Virus record (IMG/VR): IMGVR_UViG_3300001683_000016
Location: 51,555-115,554 of that record
Reading direction: 5' to 3' (one strand)
Source: a virus
Length of the DNA: 64,000 nucleotides
The translations under genes and the position numbers were made by a program. Below, piece after piece: positions 36,971-51,900 of this stretch. Below the pieces are notes generated by a model. That model was not told the origin of the DNA, did not search any database, and was given only the letters and a program-made list of their open reading frames with translations. Within the stretch, counting starts at the first letter, position 1. Each line of letters begins with the position of its first letter.

Positions 36971-39900
36971 ATGACAGTAATTAGCCGTAAAACACATGGG
37001 TTTTTCTTTAACGGTATTACTGACAGCATCATAGTCCCCGAAGGTGACTTTAGTGAGTTAGGTCATAGAACCACAAGAGGCACTGACGATGTGCGAGTTA
37101 TTTTATCTGAGAATGCACCATCATCTACACGCGATAATTCTGCGACATCGGGTATAGATAATCAATTTTTAACAATAGAAGCGTGGGTAATGCCTGATTG
37201 CGGCGGTACAATAATAGAGAAAGAAGGTCAATACAAACTTTCACTTGGTCACGTAGACACGCCCGGACCTGCATCTTTTGAAGTATACATGGAAGGTGAA
37301 GGGGGTGAAGAAAGTTATTTTCTAACCACAGCAACCTTAGAGACAGATAGATACGAAGGGACTGTATACCCACATATTAAGTATCAGGGTCTACAAGATT
37401 CATACAATAGATTTGTTGGAAGTAGAGACGACGCAACCGAATTAAACAAAAATCATAGACCTTTGATTCATGTAGTAGCGGCGGTAAAAAGCGATACAAT
37501 AGATTTGTACATTAATGGAGAGTTAGTTGTAAGAGAATCTATAAAAAATAGAGGTTTAATGTTAAAAACATCAACTAAACAAACATACATTGGTGGTAAA
37601 GGTGGTCAGTTTAGAGGTACGTTAGAAGGTATTCATCTTAATTCATCGTTCAAAACATCAATGATAAACGGTAATACACCTCTAGCAGACGATGATACAT
37701 TACTTCTATACAGATTTGAAGAGCCTATTGCACCAATTGAAACCGTATACACATTCTCTTCAATTGCGAATAACAGCACACAGATAGACGGGCAGAGTGT
37801 GGCAATATCGCAAATTAGTATGAGCACAACTGATGCTATTGATTTAGCCAAAAAACTTACTGGGTTATCCAGTGTATCAGGTAATTATGTTTTTAGTAAA
37901 GATAGTTCAGGAGTTCACAATTATTCGAGCGGAGACTACAAAGTACTAGATTCTCTATCAGGCACTCTTGTTGAGCATTCTGTATCCCACACTCCATATA
38001 ATCTTCTAATCAATCCTGATGGGATTAACCCTGATACAAAAGCGCCTAACAATAAACCACCTGAGAGAGTAAGACTGCATAACATCAATGTGGGTACAGG
38101 TAATATGTTAGTATCTAGTATTCATCTTGATTTTGCTACATCTGTGAATGGTTTGCGTAGCGCGTTGCATACTAGAACCTCAGGAGTCGATAATCACTTT
38201 GTGGTAGTGAGTGCCGATATGTTACTTGAATCATCTACGGGTAATCCGTATCAACCGCCCCACTATTCCTCACAGATAATAGATAGAACAGGACAAATGG
38301 TATTAGATGAGAGCGTTTTCGGGAATCATGGTTTTGTGTATTCTAGTGCAATTGCTACAACCACATCAGATACAAATAATCCGTTTGCTGTGGCGTGGCC
38401 TACTAGCATAAGTGAAGATTTTCAAATAGGTCACAGCGGTAGACATATTAAGAATCATGTCGAAGGCCACGCTTTCTTACGAATGCTACCTAAGGCTATT
38501 GATGAGATAATAGACCAAGAAGCAGATGGTGGTCCTTATGCTGATATTATAGACGTAATATACAATAATATGCATAGAGGCATAGACAAGCAAGTTTCTG
38601 TTAATAGTCTAGTAGATGTGTATAGAGATTTTAATGAGATAGTTATAGATAACGTTGTTAACACTAGTACTGTTACTGTAGCGTATAATTCTTACAATGG
38701 TACTAGCAGTCCACCTGCTGGTAAAAGAAAGTTAATTGCGATAGGTGGTCCTAATTTTAACTACACGTCTTTTGCACTAAAAGGTCCAATTCCGCAATTC
38801 AATATATACGATGAGGATAACGATGAAACTCATCACGATAGTAACATTAGAGATTACCACGTTACTCCTTCTAAAGAAAGTAGAGTTGCTATATTACACG
38901 TACCTAGATTAGCAGACTTGACTCCATCTCTTTCTCCATTTGTGGAAATACATTACAATGCAATTGATTTAACCGGCGCTAGTATGAGCGGCACAGTACA
39001 ACCTTTACTTATGGTAGAAAAAACCGTACCTTCATCTGATACATTAGTGAGCGGCTCAGAGTATGTTTACGATTCTATAATCCATGCGATTGGTTCAGGT
39101 ATGACATTACATGCACCCGGTGGATACATAGATGTGAATAGAAGCGATGTGGGTATTGAAAGTCCAATAGTACAGGAACATGGTTTAGTGGGCGACACTT
39201 CGGAAGGATATTCTGCTGATACAGAAGTCGATGAATCGTTAACACCCGCTAATTATACTCCAAGAAATAATGCAGATTCTATACAAAACGGTACACCGCA
39301 AGCCATAATTGAATCTGTGAGTGCAACTGGGGTGCATGAATCTTCATTTAATAAATTATATCTTAATAAAATAAACCAAATTAAAACCTTAACTGATAAA
39401 GGTAATTATTCTAGAATAGCCCCTGATGTAGTGTTGGATAGCGGCTCTGCTGGGCAGTTCGATACTGGTACTGTGTCCTCTTCATCTCCTATACACGAAA
39501 CATTTGACATAATAGATAATCACATTTTAGCAGGTAGAGATAACGCTGATTTTAGAATCTTCATCCAGCCTACTGACCGAAGAAGAAGTATGCAACTTGC
39601 TAATGTTAATTTATCTACTACGTTTAATAGCGCAACTATACTTTACTTAATGAGTAGAGCAAAAGTAAGGTCGATAGAAGAAAGTGAAGGCGATGAGGGC
39701 GGTTACACTACACTAAGTTGCATCGGTGTAGGAGATAGCCTAGTATCCCGTTCAATTGATTTTACTGGTAAGGGTAGCCCTGATTCACACATAGTCAAAG
39801 AAATAGAGCCTAATGCACCTGTTGTTACTGTTACGCTTGGTGGGCCGGGTCAAGGCGCTATGGATACTAGACCAGTATTCCAACGCAGTATATTAGCACA

Positions 39901-42900
39901 CGAAGCCTATTCTACACGCAGGTCGTATGCTGTAACTGCTACTAAATTAACAGTTAACTGGACATCAGGGGCTTGTGTGCTTACTGTAAACGCTCTTAAT
40001 AACGAAAGTGAAGATATAGCCAGTTGGGGCACATATGGATTTCCTAAATATGGTAGAATATACTTACCTGATGGTAGTAGTGCTAAATACGCTAGTAAAA
40101 CAGGAAACACTTTTACATTCACAGCAGCAAATGTTGGCTCAGGGGATTTTCTTTCATCCGATAATAGTGAATACGACAATGTTGCTAAATTGCTGAATAG
40201 TCTAGGACATATGGTTGGTGCAACTAATGGAACATCAGTTGTTATAAATGGTAATTTTACAGTTTATAATGAGGGTAACTTTGGTGAAGAATCAGATTTA
40301 GAAAATGGTAGTACTATAAATGATAGAATGCATCAGAGTATGAATGATGTATCTCATGATTACCAATTAGGCACTCAATACGCTAGTACTAGAGCGGTTG
40401 CAGAAATACCGTTTTTCTCTAAACAATTTTTTGCTCCATCTGTTGGTCCTGATAACGCATTTAAGATACATATAGACGCTACACACACTGCACATACTTA
40501 CAACCCTAGTCCAGTTGGTAGAAGATTCATAGACACAGAACCAACAGATAGAGAGGCTAATTCTGCTTATTCTATGGCTTTACAAAACAGAGAATACTTA
40601 GATTCAACATTCGTCACTAAATGGACGGTTAACAGTACGACAAAAAGACTCTATGTAAACAACATAAGTATATTTCCACCTTCTTCTATATCCACTGCAA
40701 CGTATCAAAATGTAACAACATCATATAGATACAGAAAGATAAACCTAGCAAATGGTGAATGGGCATGGTATACAAACACAGACCCTATTGGAGACGAGTA
40801 TCTCAGTATATCTACCACAGAATACGGACATAGTGAGAACTTCTTTGAATCTTTAGAAGTAGGTATGTATGTATTTATTACTAGTGCTAGTATTGATAGA
40901 AACTTATTGTCTATTAGTTCTGATGGGTTTACACCATCGTCTGACTACGAAGATAGAGATGAATACTACCACGATAGCGCAAGTGTAAAAACACAAGGAG
41001 GAAATGTAGATTATGGTCTACGTCAATATGTTAGTGCAGTTGAGTTTAAGGCTGGGCCTGAAAGTAATCCACACGCTGCGAGAATAGAAAGTAAAAGAGC
41101 ATCTGTAACGCCTCTAACTGTTAGTTCTGCAATTTCTCTCACAGGTGATGACAAAGCGATAATACTTACTTTTAGCGAGGATGATTTTGCTAAACTCCCG
41201 TATTTAAACTACGATACTTTAGCCGAAGCATCGTCATCTCTTGGAGATTTAAGATACGATATGCAATATACTTTAGAAAGCGGTGCTGTACATAGTTATC
41301 AATATCACGGTAACATAAAGACTCTTACTGGTGCTTCTGTTACAATTAATCCTCCAAATAGTATCACACTTGTATATCACACTTATACTAAATTAGGCAC
41401 TTCATATCCTTCTGCAAACGATTTAGTTGGTAAGAAATTAACTCTTGCACGTCGTAGTCGTGAAGTTTTTGGAGATGTAATTACTGAAACATTAAGCGAA
41501 GGTAGTTTGGCTTATGCAGAAGTAAAGAGTAATCTAATGGTTGATGAAAATATTGCCATAACAGCATATTCTTTAACAGCAAGAGCACTTATTGAGATAA
41601 CTAACGAAGCGGGTAAAAATGTAAACAACCTACATGGTATAAATGTAAAGAAAGGAGATTCAGTTTATTATTTCATTAATTCAGGTACAGATACGGTACG
41701 AAGAATAGGTACGGTAACCAGCGTCACTCAAGCGTTGAATACTAATAAACAAACAATTAATCTAAGTGGTAACACAAACGATGTACCTGCAAACGCTAAA
41801 TTAGCAGTATGGGTTGGTAATTATGAAGATAAAGACGCTGTATTAAACGCAACGTGGTTAAACCCATATGCACAAGGTGGATTACGCAACGGTGATACAG
41901 TGTGGGCTAATATGTCGTACAATAATCCACATGCGGTTGAGGGATTATTTGCTAAGAGCAGAGGTGTGTTAAACGAATCACAAGTATGGAATGCGTTTAA
42001 CGGAGGTACTGGTGAATTAGATACAACTAATCCAAGAGACAGCATACCTCTAGAGAACTTTTTAATTGGTAACACTTGTTTAGAAACTGCGAGAAACTAT
42101 GTACAACACGTAAACAGAACAGTTGAAGAAAATTATCTAGCACTCGGACTTACATCGGCTCAAGCGCCTGTTGTAGCCTATATTGACCCTTACTTGTCTA
42201 CTGACGAACACGCGCGTGTATTACTATACAATGTAGCGCATGACAAGGAGTTCATCGCATTCCAAGATATACACATGCAAGTGCAAACTAGTTCACAGGC
42301 TACACAAATAGGCTGGCCTAAAGAAGTGGTAGAAAGCGGCGGCACAAGTAGAACAGAATTACACAAAGTCAATGCTGTGTACAACGGTGCTGGCCCAAGC
42401 CCATGGACTACGCAAATAGATGTTACAAACGGCTTTTTATCTCAGAATCCATACATACGAAGCACTCAACAATCTAAGTATATTGAAAGCGCCTACGCAC
42501 ATGACTTAGCAAATAAACATACTAGTGATTTAATTGACAGCAGTACCATTGCTAGTTTGACTACTGCTTTACCAACAGATGGTAGAAGAATAGAAGGTGC
42601 TAGATTATACGGTAAAGCACACGGCCATTATGTACACACAGGTTATTCCTATGGTGGTACATATGACGGACTTTCAACTGGATACAGCCTTACACCTAGA
42701 ACTAATGATAGCGTAGCGTTATACAAAATTGCCAACACTTTACATGATTTTACAAGAATACCAAAAGATGATAGATTTTCTTATGTCAATGCTTTGATTA
42801 ATCTAAGAAATGGTACTACCGATTGTTCTTTAAGAGACCCGTCTACTTTTTTTGATACTCCTGATGGTACTAGAGTTATACCCGCATTCTTGTGTCTAAA

Positions 42901-45900
42901 GGGTATACGTAATACTACTCTTGATTTATCTTCACATGGTGAATCTAGATTACAGCACTTACCTCAATGGAAAGATATGGATTTTATCAGAAGATTGACG
43001 ATTGACTTAGGTGTAGTAGCGCAAAAAGATGGTGTAGTAAATACTCTAGCGGGTGCAGAAGAAGTAGTTCGCTTAGTTAATCAACATGCTGCGTTAACCG
43101 CTAGAGTACAAACTGGTTCAGCGCACGACCCCTCACCGTTTTGGGATACTGATAACGGAGACAGGGGTACACACATGGGGTACATACGCGCTCACATAGG
43201 CAGAGAGGTACAAGACTTGAATGGTGATGTTGGTTATACGGTTGTCTTACACAGCACAGTACCCGGTGCTAGTGGTAGAAACTTTTGTGCTTGGTTGGAT
43301 AACAGTAACGGGCAATCTCTGTATGAACCTCAGTTCTTAGTAGGTCATGGTGGAAGGTGGCGTAACTTTTGGGCGTTACCCGATGAAAGAGAAGGAGAGA
43401 ATATGCACCCCGCGCCTATGCCGTTAAACAAACACGGTAGACCGTTTGCACCAATCACTACACTACAACAATATGTCACATCAGTAGAAAGTGGTGAAGA
43501 CGTAGAAAGTGTAGCCGAGTTCAAAGACAGTAGCACAATGAGAGCAGTATCTGATTCTATAAGTGGTAAGAGTCATAACAGCATAAACACAGAATCTTTA
43601 GACATTAAAGGTTCATCGTCTTCTTTAGTAAGGGGTCTAAGAACTGGTACAAGCCCCACTAGTAGAGTTAACTTCGGTGGGTTAGTAGCAAGCGGTGTAC
43701 CCGGTTTCGCTCCTAATGCTGGTATTTGGGGATTCGGTGTGAATGGTGAAAGTAGGTTAAATAACAGATACGGTAGTTCTTCCACATCTTCTTATTCTTT
43801 ACACGTACCTACCACACAATCCTCTCAAGATGTTGTAGGTAATGCAGATATATACGGTATGAAATTAAAGAACAACCTTGGTGAAGAATCTACTATAAGA
43901 TACATATACAGAACTATGGGTGATTCGTTTTCTAATAGAAATACATCACTACCCGATACAATAGAACAAGATGTTTGTGTTTTCTTCGATGATAGAGATA
44001 TATCTCAAGGTGGTTTCACTATTGGTAGTGCAATGCAAGGTAGTGGTGATGCTACTGGTAGAATGAGTTTTAGTGCAGTTAGTCAAGTTTTAGGTAGTTG
44101 GAGAGGTGCTAGATGGAGAGGTGTTAATTCACCAAATGCTGCAACGTTAGTTACTGCTGCATTGAGCAGTGGCGCTTTGGCTATTACATTCGTAACACCA
44201 TTTAACGCAAGTTTTACAGATGACAAATTAGGCTATTTAGGATTTCCAAAAGAAAATGGTTTGATACAAATAAGCGATTATGATGGTGCTGGCGATGCCA
44301 ATGTTGGGTTGACTCTATCTTACACTAGTAGAAGCACAACTACGTTTTATGGTGTTACGGGTGCAGCATCATTAACAAATACTTCATATTTGATTTCATC
44401 TATATTAAACCAAACAACCTTAGTTACAGATGAGTTAATTGCTGCTGTTACTGCTGCTGCAATTAATGCAAGTGACGAGATAAACACATTAGATGGGCAT
44501 ACTTTTGATTGTAGAGACATGTATGCCACCGATGGAAGAACATTTGGTGATTGGGGTATAAGTAAAAATGCAATTAAGATAAGAGCGTACAACATTGATA
44601 AAAAAATCAAACCACTAAACCTTTCTTATAATGCATCTGTGTTTAGAGACTTGGGTATACAAGCAGCACACCTTGAGTTTGGTGAGGTTGAGAAGGTAAC
44701 AAGACCTACTGGTACTGCTGATTGGGCTTTTGGTACTTCACGTGCTGTTATAGACACAATCATAGATGCAAGCAGAAGTATAGATTGCGGATATATACCA
44801 TATAACATATTACAGATACGTACAGTTGCTAAAGGTAGTAACGGAAATACTGCAACACCAAATATTGTAGATTCTAGAAACGCACCAGTAGATATTAACA
44901 AATGGTCTAGAGGGTTGAAGGGGTTAGAGTATACTAGATTTTCAGGTGACCATATTCTACCTTGCATAAATAATCCGCATTCTGTATATTCAACAGCATG
45001 GACATCCATTACTCAACTAGAAGTAGACAATAATAATGGATATTCTGAGGGTTATACAGGGGCAATAGCAATTGATTCCGGCAATTCAAATCAATTGACT
45101 ATTGGAGATTTAATCGCTGATACTACTGGAAGAATACTAGGTTCGGTTACTGCAACAAACACTACAACTAGTTTCTCAATAGACTCACTACGTGTGGGCA
45201 TCTCTGATAACCTGATAATAAACAAAAGAATGGGCATAGCAGATGTTGCTACTAATTGGCAATCGTCTGTAACTCTTGCTGCTAATATGTTTCATTTCCT
45301 AATACCTGCATGTACTGATACCACATCCAGCAGAATACCATCTTTCGGTGAGAGAAAGAGAATATACCTGACGGATAAGAAATCAATAGTTGTTGAGAGT
45401 AAGGTAGGTAGCACAGCAGCCACCGAATTATCTTGGGATATTGATATATCAGAAAATATGCCTAGAGAGATAACTTTCCACGGAAATATATTATCGACAC
45501 ATATGAATCCTGAATTTAATGGACTGCGCTCTATCGGTAGTGTATTTTCTGAGCCAATAGTCTACTTCCGTGGCGGTAAGAGTAGCAAAGACCACAGCGT
45601 GCCTTTGTTCTTTGGGGGCGGCTTCAGCGGTGTAACACTCGATGTTAACGACGGTACAAACAACGACTATTCTACTTTCTACACACACCCATATTCTACT
45701 GGACCAACTGGTGTCACCGGATTACAGAATGCCAATGAAATATCTACGAGTTACGCTATGTTAGATGGAAATGCAATGTTTGCATTCTTCCCCGGCGCTG
45801 CATTGTGTAATCAGCATCGTGGTAGTATTACACCACCTGCATTCAATCAACAAAACATACTCGCACCTGATTTGTCTAAAGGTGGTGTAACATACGGTAC

Positions 45901-48900
45901 AGGTGAGATAAAAGCGAAACCAGTACCACTTGTATTGAGGTTCGCTCATCCAACAGCACGATATGAAGACCATGCAGATGGTACAGATAGTAAGACCACT
46001 TACCTAATATTTGGACCGGGACAAGCATTCCCATTTACACAAGAAGTGGCTGATGCAGATAGTGGTAATGCCGCTAATACCAAAGAGCCATTTCCGGGCA
46101 GAGTTATCGTAAGCGGTAACACGTGGGCTTCTATACCATTAGACGAATCAATAGCCAATTCAAGGCACGTATTCCCGAACCATATCGCTAATGAGAAATA
46201 CAATTTCATGCCACCGAGCAAGGTATACTACGACGCTACTGCGGGTTTCCATTGGAGAGCAATGGTAAATTGGGAAAGCCCTGCTGGATACTGTTGGAAG
46301 GGTAAGTTCTCACAAAGACCTGAACATGGTAGGCATTATGGTCAACAGTTCAACGATAACACACCACACGACGTTACAGGCACATCACAAATAGGATATG
46401 ACTTGACGCATATACATCCTAAGATGCATACGCCTACTATCGGATTCGGTATCACTATGGCAGCAGATACAGTATGGCACATGGATGGTGGTTTTCATCC
46501 GGGTGGCTCATGGTTAGACAACCAACTTACATTCAATCCACCACACGCGGGTAAATCTGCTGCTAGAGTATTAAGTAGTAATTGGGAACGCGCAAACCAA
46601 ATACATCCTACTGCGTTTAGAACGTCGGGTGTACTTACAGGTCGCATTCTAGATTACATAGGAAATGGTAGTGAGGCCGTAGCAACAGCAGACGCAAAGA
46701 TGGAATACATCGTAGTAGATGGAACACGTTGTCAAAATGGTGAAGAATTGTCAACGGTGCTAGGCGCTGCGATAAACGCATTCCCCGGCGCTGGGGCACT
46801 CAAGTCTCTAGGTGGCACACACATGCCGTCTATGGGTAACGCAATGCGTCAAGATAGATATGGATGGATACCACTTGCTGGAACATCTAATTATGTGAGT
46901 AATAGCGCTACTGGTAATTACATAGATAGTCCATCAAGTAGTTCACAAACAACATTAGAACAATTACCTACATCGGGTTGGATTAGATTACATCAAGGAA
47001 CTAACACTAGATTTGCTTGTTATCATTCAAGAGAAGTGTTAGCAGATAGTAGTAATTGGAAAGTTAGATTCTATCTTGCGCCTAATAGATTAAATGGTCT
47101 AAATAAATTAGAAGCGCCTGAAACGTGGGAAGTACTCAAAGATGGAACTGGGTCTTTTAGTGAGGCTATTTCTAGTTCCTATACTCTTTACGTATGGAGC
47201 AAAGCAGGTACAATGCGTTTCAATAACGAGAATGTGTCAGCACGCGACCACATGACACAGGTTCACTTCTCAGGTATTGTAGATGCTGTTGATAGAACAA
47301 AACCAATAGGTGCAGTTGGTTGGCATGGTGAGAGATACTCTTATCTGAATAGTTTGAAGATAACTAAGAATACAAGTGGTACAGGATATGCTGCTGGATT
47401 AGGCGCATACCATGAGATGCTTAACTTCTCACCATACGGAACTGCTGGTACAGTAATGAACGTACATAGTAACATACCTGTTGTAGCACCAATGCAAGGG
47501 AGTCCTGAAAGTACACCTACGATTGACGGTATAGGGGACTACCTAGGCACGCATTTAATTAAATCGGGTTTTTATTCTAAATTAGATTTAACGAGTGGTA
47601 GTGGTTCAGGATGGGATACCTACACATATAATTTCAATGACACAGACGAAGCAGGTAATGATAACCAATGGGTCGCACCTACTAACTACACCACTACATT
47701 ACCCAAGGAACTAACGACACCGCAAGGATTGTACAGTAGCGCATTCCTAGTAGTCAGTTACGAATGTGAGAGTTCATTAATTGCAAAGTTCGATAGAGAT
47801 GCAATAACTGCAAACGGTGACTGGTTACAAGTCATAGGACAGGGTAGTAACCCAATCACATACGCTGGTACTACACAATGGGATGAAAGATTCCACGGTC
47901 AAGATAGATTCATTGCACCTGCAAACGCTGGACCTAATGTAGAGGCTCTAATCGTTGAAGGTACAACAGTACCTGTTGGAGACGGTGGTGGTAATTGGGC
48001 TGATACAACATTCTCAGGCGGCTCAGGAACATATTTTCACAGCGCCACACCTACTGATTTGTTATTGAAAAACGCTACACCGGGTCTAAATAAGACAGGT
48101 GATTTACTATTCGACCTAGACCATTCTGTTGGTTCTGCTTTACTACATACAGATGATGCAGAACGTAATACATCTGCTGATAAATATGCAGCAGCACATA
48201 GTAGTGGTTTCCCCGTTAATTATTGGATGGGTGATGTAAACGCATTACAGATGTATCAAGATTCAGCCGCTAAGAACTTCTCAGTAGAGAATATAGTGTG
48301 GAAGAGAATGGATGGTGGTAACCTCAGTATGCCAGCAATCAATGCACGTGGTCTTGGTGCAGTACCGTGGATGACACGTGTGAAAAGTAACACAGCATAT
48401 CAGACTGGTGAGAAGATATATGGTAACGTAAGATTCTCCTTTGAAACAACTAATAGTGCAATGTTACCTATACTACAAGCACAGGAGTTAGCACATCCTG
48501 AATTAATGCGTAAACATCCATACAAGATTGGTAATGTACTGAATATACCTAATGAGGAGATACAATTCCAAAGTATTACAGTTAGAGATGAAACAGGGCA
48601 AGTACACAAGATAGAGGGCGGTAGCCCATTGGGGACTATCATACGTGGATTCCGTGTACCTGAAAATAGAGGCGTGAAAGGTAACGCGCCTGCACTTGCT
48701 AACAGTGGTAAGATACCTAACTTGAAAGTACAGTTACCCGACCCTAACAGTATACCGGGTAACATAGTTGTACGTTCAGGGTTTGACCCAATACAAGCAT
48801 ACCAACATGAGACAATAGGTTCAGGAGGTATGATGCATCCTGATATGAGTGAGAGTGACATAGGACATTTATTTGATAATAGTGTAGCAGGGCCACGACA

Positions 48901-51900
48901 AGCACCTACATACGAGAACCATAATTGGGAACGCATCAATCCTGTATCGTATGATTCAGAACTAGGCGCATGGAATGACAACTCTCCATTACAAACCAGT
49001 TATGAGTTACATGACCGTACGCTATTCTTCCATGTTACTAAGATGGGTCATTCTCATACACACCGCTATCCTACTGTGTATACACATGCGGGCGGCGTAG
49101 AGACCGACGTAGTATCTGTCACAGCATGGGATTCTAGCACTAACGTATTGACAGTAGATGCTACATTAGACCCACAAGTGTTTGATGCTGGGTTTGGTAC
49201 TAAAGAAGATACTCGAAAGTTCCTACGCGTGTACAACCCAACAACTGATGAAGGTGCTGTATGTACTTACGCTGGTCAAGATAGTAATAATGACGGAGTT
49301 CCTGATAACGCAACAATCACAGTGGTGGGAGATGTTAACTTTGCGACATTTATGACAGGTCAGACTGTTACAAATCTAAAGGTAGTACCATCGTATTACA
49401 TACCTGCGGGAAGCAACAGGTTCTTCGCAGCACGTCGTTTATCAGACCATGCAGAGGTTAGCGGCAACTCTCCTGATATGGCAAACACTCTGTATTATGT
49501 ATCGGGACAGACAGTAGGCTATGACGCATACAGTAAACCTGTATTGACACCTATGCCGTTCCCAAGAATGGGACATCACTTCGTTACACCTACTATGCCT
49601 ATGCTGCCCGGACATTGGGCGCACCCTGCTTACCAAAGCCTATACAGAAGACATTTGATTGATTACCAAATGACAAACGGTTTCGTTGATTCAGGTCTAA
49701 TTAGTGATAATATAACATCTACAAATAAGAAAGCGGCAGTAGTCACATCAATAGGTACAGGTGGTATAACTGAAAACATTCACGCAATGGATGCAGAAAT
49801 TAACTTCAGTGGGATAAATGCAGCCCCAAGCGGTCCTAGCGACATACACGGTGGCGCATTTACCCTTATGTTCGAGAGTGGTGTAAAATATGATGGTTAT
49901 GGTGTATTAGCGTCATCTGATGGTACAAGTACAACTTTAGCGGCAACAGTAAACAAAGCAGGTGGTCACAGTGTTGTACTTGAGGCTGCTAGTGAATACA
50001 CGCAAGGTAGACACTTCCCTGACCCTGCGGAAGTGGGTGCATACCAAATAATCATACAGCCTAATGTGTTCGATAATCAATTAATAGGCTATCACAACAA
50101 TTCAGGCGCTGCATTGACCAGTCAGCAAATAAACACAGTTATTGGCATAAAAATGGATAGTAACGGTAATGTGGATGGTGCTAAAGGTGGTATGACATTA
50201 GTATTAGCAAAAGCAACACAAGCAGATGTACGTGGTTGTGAAGTATTCATCAATGAAGCAATATTAGATATTAGTAATGACCAAGGTAGCCAATTTACAA
50301 ATATACCACCTTTAATGTTATACAATCATGTAGGTATACAATTAACAGAAAGCCCCGCATTTACTAGAAAGGGTTTCCCATATAGCACAATGTTCAGTGA
50401 TGCAACCCCAGCGCATACTTTGCATATACCTTGGTGGAGCATATTACACAAGAATGCAATTAAACATAATGGGTCAGCAATTTCAGAAGCGACTGGATAT
50501 AGAAAACTATCTCAATATAGTCCCGAAGATTATTATATGTTTATGAGAAGTACATTAGGAAGTGTAGGAAGTCAATTAACAATTAACGGATATACATCTT
50601 TGTACTTTGATATATACGATAAATACAATAAAAGTATAAGTCTAAATCCAAAATGTACTGTTGTATCTTACAGTACTGGTGGAACTATAGTTGTAGACGA
50701 TGCAAATACGTTCCCAATGTATCCTTACTATACACAACAAGTACAGTATACGGGGAAAAATGGAACTATCTATTCTAAAGAACTAACAAGTGTTAGCGGA
50801 GATACGGCTGCAACAATCAATATACCCAAAACATTGACATTAGGTGCTAAATCAGGCGCTGATGGTTTTTGGGATAACATATATGATGATGCAATACTTA
50901 CTTTAACACATAGTTACAATACATTACCAGCAGGTGAACTACTTACAAATAAACGCAAGAGTGTATTTGCAAATATATTACCTGATATAATACAAGGTAA
51001 TCAAGATACATATAGTAATCATGTACCTGATGCATTCCTATGTATGTGGCATCCTAACCTCGGTAGACCTAATACATACTTCTCAGATAATACATCTCGT
51101 AGTTGGAAAGGTAATGCAGTTAACAAAGTAGCATATAATTCATTACCTGAGCATTTTGAAACTATACATTATCACGATTTCACACATGCTATAAGTACAG
51201 GTCCATTTGATTTCTTAATTAAGAGACCTAATATAGATAAATCAGGTAGTGTAATATCTAATAGTAGTACACACGATGCAGGTGGCACTAATTTGATGCT
51301 TAGTGGCTTTTGGCCTTGTGGTAGTCGTGGCGGCCCACATGCGAGTAAACTAGACTTGTATGGAATGACTTCCACATCATGGAATGTACATAATACGTCC
51401 ACAAGCGCTAATTTCGCATCTGATAGCAATTTAGAATGGGTAGATTCTGACGATGATGGTACTTATGCAGTATCTGCGGGTATCACAACTGCTTCTATGA
51501 ACCAGTATAGAAGAAGGCCGTATGGACACCGTAACGCTGTACGTCAAGCCTATAACAGACCAAGATACGATATCAACAGCGTGCGTGCGGTATACGAAGC
51601 GGATGCTTCAAGCGCTGCTGGTACTAACACTCTGAACTACGATGCTGGCCCACTTGTACAGACTGAGGCTTACAGTAGTTCATGGGCGTATGGTGGCGGT
51701 AGTAGTCTTAGTGCTGCATCTAAACCTATAACATACGTTGGGATTATGGAGCGTCAGACCAATTTTACAGGTATGCTAAACCAAGACCAAGAAGGCTGGC
51801 AAGTTAGATATAGTGATGGCCGAAGGATGTCTAGACCATTCGGTACACCAGTACGTACGATTAGAAATCCAACACGTGTAGAAAGAGACTGGTGGGGTGA